DNA of 64,000 nucleotides from Acidimicrobiia bacterium (GTDB lineage Bacteria; Actinomycetota; Acidimicrobiia; Spongiisociales; ZC4RG35), in the NCBI GenBank assembly GCA_965215185.1, contig OZ244034.1:2528001-2592000 (forward strand), given 5' to 3'. The notes beneath the pieces are model-generated. The model saw nothing but the letters and a program-made list of their open reading frames with translations, was not told where the DNA came from and did not search any database. The translations under genes and the position numbers were made by a program. Below, piece by piece: positions 52,833 through 62,764 of this stretch; the first letter of the stretch is position 1, and every line of letters starts with the position of its first letter.

Positions 52833-54617
52833 ATGAGCAGTTTCAGGTTGAGCAGACGGGGAGGACGGTGTGTTAGCCGATCCCTGACGCCTCCGATTGT
52901 GGTGACGGTTTTGGTGTTCATGGCCGTGGCGGCTTTGGTGGTGGTTCCGGCCGCGGCCCAAGATGCTGAACCGTTTCCGGACATGGACTCTGGGGCCTAT
53001 TGGGCAGTCCCTGTCACCGAGTTGGCTCAGGCTGGGGTGTTCGCCGGGACGGAGTGCGCGGAGGGCTTCTGCGCCGACGATTTACTGGACCGGGCCACGA
53101 TGGCAGTGTGGACCGTGCGTGTCCTAGACGGTGAAGACCCCGAGCCGGTGGAATCCACACGCTTCGGGGACGTCGAAGACTCCCATCGCTACGCTGCGTT
53201 CATTGAACGCTTCGCCGAGCTTGGTGTCACCAGGGGATGCGGCGATGGTACCGTGTATTGCCCCGAGCGCAATGTGACACGAGCTGAGATGGCGGTGTTC
53301 CTCACTCGGGCCTTCGACCTGCCGCTGGGGCCCGAGCCGGGCTTTAGCGACGTGCCTTCTGACGCCTGGTATGCGGACGATGTGGCGGCTTTGGCCGCGT
53401 CCGGTATCACCAGGGGATGCGGTGATGACACGTTCTGCCCGGGCGCCGACACGACACGCGGTCAGATGGCGACGTTCCTTCACCGGGGGCTCGCCCTTTC
53501 CGACGGTGAGGGGGAGGTTGAGACCACGGAACGGGAAGCCGACTCGACTGCCTGCGCCAACCGGGATAAAGGTGTCCTCGCGACGTTGTATCAGTCGATG
53601 GATGGCTCGAATTGGCAGCGGGACACGAACTGGCTGAGCGACGAAACGCTCGACAGTTGGTACGGAATCCAAACCGATACCCGCGGCTGCGTCACTCACA
53701 TCGATCTAAGCGACAATGATTTGAAGGGCGCGATACCGACCGATGTGGGAATGCTGTGGAGCTTGAAGGTGTTGGATCTGAGCTGGAACAATGACCTCAG
53801 CGGGACCATCCCTGTGGAGTTGGGCAACCTGGTGAACCTGGAAATCCTCGACTTGAATGACCAGGGGGGCCAGGGCGACCGGAGCCAGGGCCTGAGCGGG
53901 ACGATCCCCACGGAGCTGGGTGGATTGGCGAACCTGCGAACGCTGAATCTGGCGTTCCATCTGCTGGACGGTGAGATACCCACTGAACTGGGCAACCTGT
54001 CCAACCTGGAAGATCTGTTCCTGCGAGGCAATTCTCTGAGCGGGAGCATTCCGGCTGAGCTGGGTGGACTTTCCAAGCTCGAACAGTTGGCGCTGAACCA
54101 CAACGACCTCAGCGGGACCATCCCCACGGAGCTGGGCCAACTCTCGGCACTGACATTGCTGTCGGTGACTGCGAATGAGTTGAGCGGGAGCATTCCGGCC
54201 GAGCTCGGGAATCTAGCGCGTATCAAGAACTTGTGGCTCAACTTGAATGATCTGAGCGGCACGATCCCCGCAGAGCTCGGCATGCTCTCTCGACTGGTAG
54301 ACCTTGACCTCCGCAGCAACTTCCTCAGCGGCACGATCCCCGCAGAGCTCGGCATGCTTTTGGCGTTGGACGACTTGGATCTCAGCGATAACAGCCTGAG
54401 CGGCACGATCCCCGCAGAGCTCGGCATGCTCTCTAGGTTGGAGAGCCTGAACCTCCGCAAAAACTTCCTAAGCGGAGATATCTCCGTGTTGGGTGACCTG
54501 ACCAGGCTGCGCACTCTCTACCTGTCCAGCAACGATTTCACTGGCTGCATCCCCGACCGATTCCGCACGCTTGACCGGACCGACATCGCGAGACTCGGTC
54601 TGGCCTATTGCGAATAG
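52833..54617 (+). CDS. Secreted SLH-domain protein with plant-type leucine-rich repeats
   Basis: Signal peptide ..PAAAQ; three SLH repeats (TRAEMA, TRGQMA); LRRNT cap; about 11 24-aa LxLxxNxLSGxIPxELG repeats. Confidence 0.92.
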   Translation: MSSFRLSRRGGRCVSRSLTPPIVVTVLVFMAVAALVVVPAAAQDAEPFPDMDSGAYWAVPVTELAQAGVFAGTECAEGFCADDLLDRATMAVWTVRVLDGEDPEPVESTRFGDVEDSHRYAAFIERFAELGVTRGCGDGTVYCPERNVTRAEMAVFLTRAFDLPLGPEPGFSDVPSDAWYADDVAALAASGITRGCGDDTFCPGADTTRGQMATFLHRGLALSDGEGEVETTEREADSTACANRDKGVLATLYQSMDGSNWQRDTNWLSDETLDSWYGIQTDTRGCVTHIDLSDNDLKGAIPTDVGMLWSLKVLDLSWNNDLSGTIPVELGNLVNLEILDLNDQGGQGDRSQGLSGTIPTELGGLANLRTLNLAFHLLDGEIPTELGNLSNLEDLFLRGNSLSGSIPAELGGLSKLEQLALNHNDLSGTIPTELGQLSALTLLSVTANELSGSIPAELGNLARIKNLWLNLNDLSGTIPAELGMLSRLVDLDLRSNFLSGTIPAELGMLLALDDLDLSDNSLSGTIPAELGMLSRLESLNLRKNFLSGDISVLGDLTRLRTLYLSSNDFTGCIPDRFRTLDRTDIARLGLAYCE

Positions 54618-54703
54618 GAAACGACCCGTGCCAGAGGGCAGGACAGACCCGAAAGGCGGCGAATAGCCCAGAGTTCGGGTCTGACTGCGACAGCTTTGAC
54701 AGC

Positions 54704-54760
54704 TGCACTTCCCACATAGGTGGATTACAAGTCGGGTTGTGATGGGGGACTGGCCTTCCT
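54704..54760 (-). mobile_element. IS481 right-end remnant
   Basis: TGCACTTCCCACATAGGTGGATTAC resembles the end of the IS481 at 49979; encodes PITTRLVIHLCGK versus PITRLVTHLCGK. Confidence 0.65.
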
Positions 54761-54996
54761 GGTTTGTCCGGTAAGTGCCGAAAAGTGCAGTTATGTGCCG
54801 ATAAGGGTTGCTAGTGATACCAGACCCCGTCAAAACGCCTCTGACCAGGGGCAACAGGGGTTGTGGGCGTTGACGGAATCAAGCAGCCGTTTCCGCAGTG
54901 ATCGTGAGGAATCGTCGGCCTTCTCTTGAGGTTGCGCTTCCCGGCAAGAACAGGCCCATCTTCTTCCATTCTTATGTGATGTTCACCGGGTCCGAA

Positions 54997-55850
54997 TTAG
55001 GTGTTATGCCGATATCGCCAGGGTCTAGGATTCTCGATCCAGCTGTTGTGCCGTAGGGATGTTCTTGGTGGAGGTCGAGGTCCCCAACTAGGGCGGTGAC
55101 CTTTCCGCCGCAGCAGCGGCTCCCCGCCGGGGCGGCGGGCATGGGGGCGTTGTAGGACTTCGCGGCGGTGCCGGGGTGGGCGCCGTGGCCTGCGCACACG
55201 CTGCATTTGAACTGCCGTCCGCGGAAGCTGCCGTCGGGCTTGTAGAGGGGGCCTACAGAGCGCCACCCGGTTTTTGAAGCGGTCGTTGAACCACTTCTCG
55301 AGCTGTTTGGTGTTGGTGGTGCGGCGGTTCTGGTTCGATGGCGTTACCGATGTGGCGGGGGTCCAGTCAGCCAGGGGCGTGCCGCAGTGCATGATGACGT
55401 TCTGTCCGCGCTTGCCGAGGGTTCTGTTGCTGGGATTGGTCAGGAGGCGCTTGGGATAGTCCATCACCACGTTTAGGCCAAGCTCATGCAGCGGGCGCAA
55501 GGATTTCTCGCGCTTGGCGGTGTAGGCCCGGTCGGCGATGACTTCGGTGATTCCGGGGGCGAGTTTGAGGGCGTTCAAGATGGCGCGCAGCCCGCTGGGG
55601 CCGGGGTTCTGGCCTGCTGGGTTGAGGTCTATCGCGAGGATGTAGGGGCGAACATGGGGGCCTAGCTTGTACTCGTCGGGGCGGCCGGTCCAGGAGTTGG
55701 TCCTGCACGCGATGACGGTTGTCAGGTCATAGCCGACGAACTTGTGGGCTTTGCGTTTGCGTGTTGCTGAGGCGTTTCCGGCGCGCGCGTCGAGGTCTTT
55801 GGAGCGGATGATCTTGCCGTCTGGTCCGACTTCGATGGGGGGCAGAGCAA
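54997..55850 (-). pseudogene. DDE-type transposase fragment, frameshifted
   Basis: SKDLDARAG..FVGYDL, EVIADRAYT and CCGG..QEHPYGT motifs. Confidence 0.6.
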
Positions 55851-56124
55851 ACCACCTTCCAACTCCGTTGCTGCAGTGCGGCGACGCGCTCTACATGAAG
55901 ATCACCGGGATGACCCCCGAGGAGATGTTCCCCACCTGGCTGGGCGATGCGGATGCCTGAGATCTGCCGCTTCAACAGCATCGTGATCAATATGACTTAC
56001 TCGTCGCCCCGAGGGGCGGGGTTTCCCTTGCGACGAGTTGGTCTGCTGGTCGATTCCTGTTCTCTCTTTGGTCTCGCGAAGTGCTCATAGGGCTCTGAGG
56101 CGGTGCCATGCGGCGACTTCCCGG

Positions 56125-56310
56125 TGGGTGCCCATAATTCGGTCGCGGGCGCTGACCAGGGGTTTCGCGCTCCATCCTGGGGCCTCATGTGTAGCATCCT
56201 TTACCGGTTCCTCGCGTTGCTTGTACGGCTGGCGGTGTGTAGTGGACGCTCAAAGGACCTTGAGATCATCGTCCTACGGAACCAGCTCAGGGTGCTGCAC
56301 CGCCGGTGCT
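56125..56310 (+). pseudogene. Left end and N-terminus of an actinobacterial integrase-core transposase
   Basis: MCSILYRFLALLVRLAV.SGRSKDLEIIVLRNQLRVLHRR. Confidence 0.65.
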
Positions 56311-56412
56311 GGCCCGGTGATGTCGCTTGATCTGGGCTTAGGGCTCGTCAACGCATGGGTGCGCACCTCAGGGCCATTCTGCTCCAGCCACAGCAACCAC
56401 AGAAAGGGCAGA

Positions 56413-56490
56413 ATGATCATGGCTGTGATTGGGGTCGACTCACACAAAGACACCCTCGTGGGGTACCTCATCGACGTGGGCGAGCGGCTT
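56413..56490 (+). pseudogene. IS110-family transposase N-terminal fragment
   Basis: MIMAVIGVDSHKDT (RuvC-like first motif) after RBS GAAAGGG. Confidence 0.7.
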
Positions 56491-56829
56491 GATAACAAGA
56501 ATGGGGCCCCCGGGGGTGCCGAGCCCGCCAGCTTATCGCCGTGAGCAACCCGCCCCGACTCGGTTACAGAGTCGCTCCAAGTTGAACGGAATCCTCATTG
56601 TGGGAGCACCTGAGCGCAGTGCCCATTGCTTGGGTGTCAGAATGGGTCCTCTCCTTAGCAGATTGCCCATTATGAGGCACTCGTCGGTCCCCCCTTCCAA
56701 GTTCTGCGTGCCGGGTTCTCGCGGCGTCACCAGCGCCACACCCCGAGGGCCTCGAAGAGGAATTGGCCACCCGCCAATTCCGACACGGTGGCGTAGATGA
56801 GCGAGTACCACGCCCAAAATACGATCACC

Positions 56830-57318
56830 CCCTCGACGGAGGACTGGCCCGTCACACCCAGCTGCTGACCAACCCCAGCGACCGGCCGGCCCGCCTCGAG
56901 GAGATCCAGCACCTTGCGCCGGAACTCAGCCGGATAACTCCTAGCCATGATGACCTCCTCAGGGTCGACGTGCCCAAGATTCAACTATCCCGACTACGCG
57001 ATACCCGGGGCACACCACTGCCTGCGCAATACCCGGTGAGGTTCAGATCCGTTCTCGGGCTGCGGCCAACTCCACAGACTCAGCGGTGCTCACGCCGGGC
57101 CGCAGACCGCAATCCACCAGATCCTGGTTGCGCCAACTGTAGATCGTCTGACCTGCCACACCCAACTGCTCGGCAATCTCAGCGGCCGGTCTGCCCGCCT
57201 CAACCAGAACTAGAACCTTGCGGCGGAACTCCGCTGGATAGCTCCTTGGCATGATGACCTCCTCAGGGTCGACATGCCCAAGATTCAACTATCCCGACCA
57301 CGCGATACCCGGATTTCA
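56830..57318 (-). mobile_element. Two tandem IS3-family left-end/orfA remnants
   Basis: ~68-bp near-identical direct repeat at 56947-57014 and 57251-57318; RSYPAEFRRKVL..EAGRP. Confidence 0.8.
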
Positions 57319-57329
57319 CGCAGTCCATA

Positions 57330-58439
57330 TCACCCCGACAGTGCCCGCGCCTGTTCAATTAGGGCGCGGGATTCTTCCACGCGTGCCTCCACGTCTGCAA
57401 GGTCGAACACCTCGGGCGGGTCTACATTTATAAAATCTTCTGCCTCCATGTTCCCGAACGCGCCGCACTTTTCCAGGAAGTCCTCGTGGAAGTTGAGGGT
57501 ATCGCCGAGTAGGGCCTCGAAGTAGACGATGTCTTCTGCTATGTCAGACGCTGACACTTCGTGAAACGCGAACAGAATGACTCGGAGGTCGAGAAGAAAG
57601 TATTCGCAATGGCTGCGGGTAATGGGCACACCGTTCTCACCAATGACCTCGTACAGCTTGCCGGGTTCGGGCAGTTCTGAAATCGTCCACACACCCGTCT
57701 CGCTGGTGCCCAGCACGACCAGACCAAGCTTGTCGAGGTCGAGGCCGGACTTGGTTACGTACGACCTCGACGACTCGAAGTCCTCCGTGTCCCAATGACT
57801 GGCATTGAGAGCACCCCTGCCGTTCGCGTCAACGTAGAACACACCCACCTCAACAACGGCACAACCCTGGTCGTTGCTTGTAAGCACCATGTCCACCTCA
57901 CAGGCCGGGTACCCCGCACCGGGTCTTGACTCACCCTGTGTCAGGGTGATCAACCAAGCGTCGATGTCGTCGTCGTGGTACGCCAGCACACCAACGCTTG
58001 TAAGTGAACGGTTTGAATTGTTCTCGGTGTAGTTGCCGTCGGCCTCGGGCCACGCGTAGGTGCTGAACTCGCCCCAACCACTCGTTGCATCGACGTAGAA
58101 GTGGCCAACCCCTTCCACGACACAACCCTCCCCCTCGCTAAAGGTTGCGCCGGTAACACAGGGTGTGTCGTCGTAGGCACTGAACCGTGCCCGTCGGTCA
58201 CCCCCGGCCTCGGCCAAGTCACCCCCGGCCTCGGCCTCGGCCAACAGGTCCTCAAGCTCGGCCTCTAGCTCCGCTAGCTCCGCTTCTTCCTCAGGGGTCA
58301 GGTCGCCCTCGTCGCGTGCCGCCTCAACGTTGGCGGTCACCGCCTCCGGGACCTCAGCCGCCGAGTCGGGGGTGTCGTCACCACCGCCACAACCCGCCAG
58401 CACCAGCACTGCCAGCATCGCGATGATCCGTGTCCTCAT
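57330..58439 (-). CDS. Acidic lipoprotein with two Cys-containing internal repeats
   Basis: MRTRIIAMLAVLVLAGC lipobox; repeated C..GC.V..VG.FYVDA. Confidence 0.8.
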   Translation of the reverse strand: MRTRIIAMLAVLVLAGCGGGDDTPDSAAEVPEAVTANVEAARDEGDLTPEEEAELAELEAELEDLLAEAEAGGDLAEAGGDRRARFSAYDDTPCVTGATFSEGEGCVVEGVGHFYVDATSGWGEFSTYAWPEADGNYTENNSNRSLTSVGVLAYHDDDIDAWLITLTQGESRPGAGYPACEVDMVLTSNDQGCAVVEVGVFYVDANGRGALNASHWDTEDFESSRSYVTKSGLDLDKLGLVVLGTSETGVWTISELPEPGKLYEVIGENGVPITRSHCEYFLLDLRVILFAFHEVSASDIAEDIVYFEALLGDTLNFHEDFLEKCGAFGNMEAEDFINVDPPEVFDLADVEARVEESRALIEQARALSG

Positions 58440-58590
58440 CGCTTCAACACCTTCTTCGTCGATTGGGCCTCGGTGCCTGTCCGTCCCGAAGCTTGAGTGC
58501 AGCAGGCCGCGAAACCGACCGCCCATCAATTCGGAAATTATAGTAGTTTCAACAGATTTGATTTGCAAGTGGCATAGAAATTGGGTTGTC

Positions 58591-58845
58591 ATGTCTCGGC
58601 ACTCTCGAAGCCGTTCGCGGCTGTTTGATGTGGAGTCGCTGCGGGTGTTTCGCGAGTTGGTGGCCCAGGGCGGGTTCACGGCCGTGGCGAAGACACTGGG
58701 GATTTCTCAGCCGACGGTGAGTCTCACGATCCGCCGGCTTGAGGAGTGGCTCGGAATGAGCTTGATTGTGCGCAACGGCTATTCGGCCATACCGTTTGGT
58801 GGTCGGGTCTTCGGGCAGCGTAGGCCGCGCGTTCCCGGGGTCTAG
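58591..58845 (+). pseudogene. LysR-family regulator, HTH only (truncated)
   Basis: LRVFREL...GGFTAVAKTLGISQPTVS.TIRRLEE.LG..L..R; no effector domain. Confidence 0.8.
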
Positions 58846-58887
58846 GTGTGCGCCGTGGCAAGGATCTCTTTGAGGTGTCCCTCCAGC

Positions 58888-59077
58888 GCGTGCTGGGGAA
58901 GCAACAGCCACGGGCAAACCGACGCCCCAGCGGGCACCTAACAAGACCGTCACAGGCGGCTCGCTACACAACTGCGCCATCAGAACCGACGACACCATCG
59001 CATGCTGGGGAAATAGCTACACGCAGCAGGCCGACGTCCCCACGGGCACCTACAAGGCGCTCGACGCCGGCTGGTTC
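58888..59077 (+). pseudogene. RCC1-repeat protein remnant
   Basis: Manual translation ACWGSNSHGQTDAPAGT, frameshift, KTVTGGSLHNCAIRTDDTIACWGNSYTQQADVPTGTYKALDAGWF. Confidence 0.8.
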
Positions 59078-60139
59078 CTGCAAGAGGTCGCAGCGGTCGC
59101 TGCTGTCCGGCCCCCACCAGGCCTCCTGCGGCTCGCACCATCGAAGGATGCAGCGTGGATCAGACGTGCTGTAGACATGGTGAGTGTGGCGCGTGCAATG
59201 GTTCTTAATCCGCGGCTCGCAGAGGTCTGGTTGACCGAGGAAGGTGGCGATCCTGAGTTTCCGATATTCGACTCCCCAACCCGGGGCGGGGTAACGGCCT
59301 GGTATACGATGCGAATAACAGCACTGGCAGAGAATAGGGAGAAAGCGTTCACGCTGGACCCTCAGTCTGCCTTGCGTGTTTATGAAGAACGTGATGCGCT
59401 ACGTTGCATTAAGTGGCGAGAGAAGTTTTCGCTTCTACCAGAGTCGGTCTGAAGATCGTAACAAAGCCGGCGCGTCAGAACAGCCCGCTGGAAACGACGT
59501 AACCGACCGGCGCCGGGACGAGCCAATTGCCGGGCGCCGAGACCGTCGTTGATCACTAGCACATAGTTGCGTTTGTGGGGAATCAGGTCAGCCAGATCAG
59601 AGCGGAGCCCCCTGGTGGGAGACCGCCTCATTTGCAGCAGGGGCGTTGATTGGATTGAGCATCCTCTCCGGGGGGCCGTCACCCTGTAATGGCAGAACGT
59701 TGTGCCTGGTTGTCATGTGGTGGGCGATCTGCACCGGCGCATGGACCGTGCTGGCGGGCATTTGGGGGATGACGCGCAGCGGGGACAGCCCCGGTGCGAT
59801 TTATCACCGGGAAATGGCAGCAAGGATCGTGGTAGAAACCACTGTCGGTTCCGCAGTCCTGCTAATGGCATTCGGTTTGATGTTCAGCGGGGCGATATGA
59901 GCAACGACGCAATCAGAGAGGGCCACGCAGGGATACCAAAAGCGTGGGAGGATCAAACGAGTCCGAGTTCCAACCGGAGTAAGGCATCGGCGGGGATCCC
60001 CAGCATTAGTGGCGAAGCTAGCGCAGCCGTCTTACCAAGAACGGTGGCTGCCGGACGCCACCAGTTGGAGTCCTAATGCCACAACGTCTTGTATCGGTTC
60101 CCTCCGCTACTAGAAATCGTTCGTTTCGAAGGCGTAGTG

Positions 60140-60845
60140 CTACTGCTCCAAGTATTTGCCCCACCTCTCCATGACCGGACGGCGGCGTTCGAGCAGATCG
60201 GAGCGGGCATAAGCGCCTTCGACGCCCTTCACAGTGTGTCCGAGTGCCTGTTCTGCTTCCTCACGGCGGATGCCGGAGTCGGAGCACCAATCTCGAAAGC
60301 TGCTTCGCATCCCATGCGGAACGCATCCGACATCGTTCTCTTTGCAGAGTTTGCTCATCGTTGAGTCCGAGAGCGGTTTGCCTCTCGGTGACGGGAAGGC
60401 CAAACCTTCGCCGCCGGTCCGCTCTCGGACTTCGCTAAGAGTCTCCAGAGCAGCCGTAGAGAGAGGCACGCGGTGAGAGTGGCCCGTTTTAGTCCTCTCG
60501 CCAGGTATCGTCCAGGTTGCCGTTTCTAGGTCGATCTCTGCCCAGGTGGCTAGCCGGGCTTCGCCGCTTCGTGTGGCCGTCAGGGTCAGGAATTTGAACG
60601 CGGCGATGGTGGCCCAGTGCGCGCGGCGGGACTCCTCAATGGTTTTGAGAGCCTTTCCGACTTTGGAGTGATGCAATGCCCGTTGGTGGGTGGGCGCTCT
60701 TGCGTTTGAGCCCAGGGCTGCCGGAACCCGTTCATCCGCGGGGTTGTCCGACCGGTGCCCGGCGGCGATACACCATTTCATGACAGCAGCGATTCGCCGT
60801 CGCACCTTGCGCGCGGTTTCGGGTTTGCTGTGCCAGACCGCCAGA
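60140..60845 (-). pseudogene. P4-like tyrosine integrase, 5'-truncated
   Basis: WHSKPETARKVR, TATRSGE, HRVPLS, HGMRSSFRDW and LGH..AY motifs; the N-terminal arm-binding domain is absent. Confidence 0.88.
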
Positions 60846-61196
60846 GTCTGTGAAGAAGCCGGGGTCTCGGCGGAGGTGGTGTTCTCCGCCCCCAGAGACC
60901 ATGCGGTGGGAGGAACACCTGATGAAGTGCCCGCCGATCATCCGGGCGTATCCGAATTGGCTCATGCCATCCGGGTGACCACCGGGCAAGAGGCCCGGAT
61001 CGAGGGCGCCCCTTACTGGTCGGAGAAGCCGCTTCTCCGCTCGGTGGGCATCCCCGGCGTCTACTTCGCGGCAGGTGATATCGGCACCTGCCATACACCT
61101 TTTGAAAGACTGCCGATTGAACAGTTTGTGTCCTTAACCCGGGCCCTGGCGCACTTCGTGGCGTCGTGGTGCGGAGCCGAGAAGTCAACAACATAA
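60843..61196 (+). pseudogene. M20 metallo-deacylase, 3' part
   Basis: GAPYWSE..GIPGVYFAAGDI..CHTPFE C-terminal motif; directly upstream of the SBP gene. Confidence 0.8.
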
Positions 61197-61205
61197 GGAG
61201 GAGCT

Positions 61206-62724
61206 ATGAACCCCAAACGTAGAACACCCGCAATATGGCTCGTAACCAGTCTGGTGGCAGTGCTAGGTCTGGTTGCGGCAGCTTGCGGCGGCGATGCCGA
61301 GGAGGAAACTACCACTACCCAGGCAGCCGCCGCAGCCACCACTACCCAGTCACCTGTTACGACAGCAACTCCTGCTGAGCCGGTGGCGCCGGTTACTCAG
61401 GGGCCGGGTGGTGAGGAGGCTACTGCTTCTAGTGAGATTGTTTTGAGTGGTGACGAGATTGGGCAGGTGCGGTCTGGGGGGTATACGGCGGCTTTGCTTT
61501 GGCATACGGCGGGTGCTTTCACTGATGCAGTGAGTCAGGGCGCTCGGGATGCTTTCGCCGAGTTGGGTATTGAGGTGATTGCCGAGACCAATGCGCAGTT
61601 CGGGCGCAGTGATGCTGCTCAGCAGGCCAATGATGTGGAGACTGTGATGGCGCAGAACCCTGACATCATCATCAGTCTGGTGCTTGATCCGGTGTCGGGC
61701 GCAGTGGCGTTTCGTCCTGCGGTTGAGGCCGGAGTGCAGTTGGTGTTTTTGAGCAATGTGCCTGAGGGCTATGTGCACGGCGTCGATTATGTGGGTGTGG
61801 TCACCGATGACTTGGCGGCGATGGGAATCGCCGCTGCGGATTTGTTGGCCGATGCGTTGGGTGGTGAGGGGAAGGTGGGTTTCATCTTCCATGATGCCGC
61901 CTATTACGTGACCAATCAGCGTGATCAGGCGTTCAAGACTTGGATAGCTGAGCGTTATCCGGGGATTGAGATTGTTTCTGAGCAGGGGTTGGACATCATC
62001 ATCAGTCTGGTGCTGATCGGTGTCGGGCGCAGTGGCGTTTCGTCCTGCGGTTGAGGCCGGAGTGCAGTTGGTGTTTTTGAGCAATGTGCCTGAGGGCTAT
62101 GTGCACGGCGTCGATTATGTGGGTGTGGTCACCGATGACTTGGCGGCGATGGGAATCGCCGCTGCGGATTTGTTGGCCGATGCGTTGGGTGGTGAGGGGA
62201 AGGTGGGTTTCATCTTCCATGATGCCGCCTATTACGTGACCAATCAGCGTGATCAGGCGTTCAAGACTTGGATAGCTGAGCGTTATCCGGGGATTGAGAT
62301 TGTTTCTGAGCAGGGGTTGGCTGATCCGGCTGCTGCTGAGGAGATCGCGGCTTCTTTGTTGACGCGTAATCCTGATCTGGATGGCATTTATGCGCCGTGG
62401 TCGGCTGGTCCGGCCGATGGGGTGTTGGCTGCTTTGCGGGCGGCTGGCGCTTCGGATGTGGCGGTGGTGACTTTGGATCTGGATACCAATGTCTCGTTGG
62501 ACTTGGTTGAAGGTGGCAACATTGTTGGTATCGCGGCGGATGAGGCGTATGCGTTGGGACGGACCATGGCTTTGGAGGGCGCTTATGGGCTGTTGGGTAA
62601 GCAGGCGCCGGCGTTCACAGTGGTACCGGCGATCAAGGTGACCGCTGACAACATCGTGGATGCCTACCGGCAGTCACTGGCCGCCGACCCACCCGCAGAA
62701 GTCATGGCAGCACTCGGTGGATAA
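61206..62724 (+). pseudogene. Sugar ABC transporter substrate-binding lipoprotein (RbsB-like), disrupted by an internal duplication
   Basis: Lipobox VAAAC; periplasmic-binding-protein type I motifs; 330-bp duplication with frameshift. Confidence 0.8.
61662..62319. repeat. Tandem duplication of 330/328 bp
   Basis: 61662-61991 repeated at 61992-62319 with two single-base deletions (TGCTTGATCCGG versus TGCTGATCGG). Confidence 0.92.
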
Positions 62725-62764
62725 GCTGTAGTGGAGACCTGAACGCTCGAGGAACAGTTCCGCT

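Larger units (their letters stand above)
44398..60845. mobile_element. Degraded genomic island inserted in the M20 gene
   Basis: Flanked by the two halves of one M20 gene; integrase at the right end; dense IS remnants; lower-GC cargo genes. Confidence 0.75.

Noticed and set aside
53790-54440. Regularly spaced repeats resembling a CRISPR array
   Set aside because: The 72-bp period lies inside a coding LRR region; no cas genes.
54644-54683. 10-bp inverted repeat CAGACCCGAA/TTCGGGTCTG
   Set aside because: Probably just a transcript-end hairpin after the LRR gene; no U-tract and no other copy seen.
56705-57014. Complete mini-IS3 bounded by both inverted repeats
   Set aside because: The right-end match is weak, no target duplication was found and the interior lacks orfB 3' sequence.
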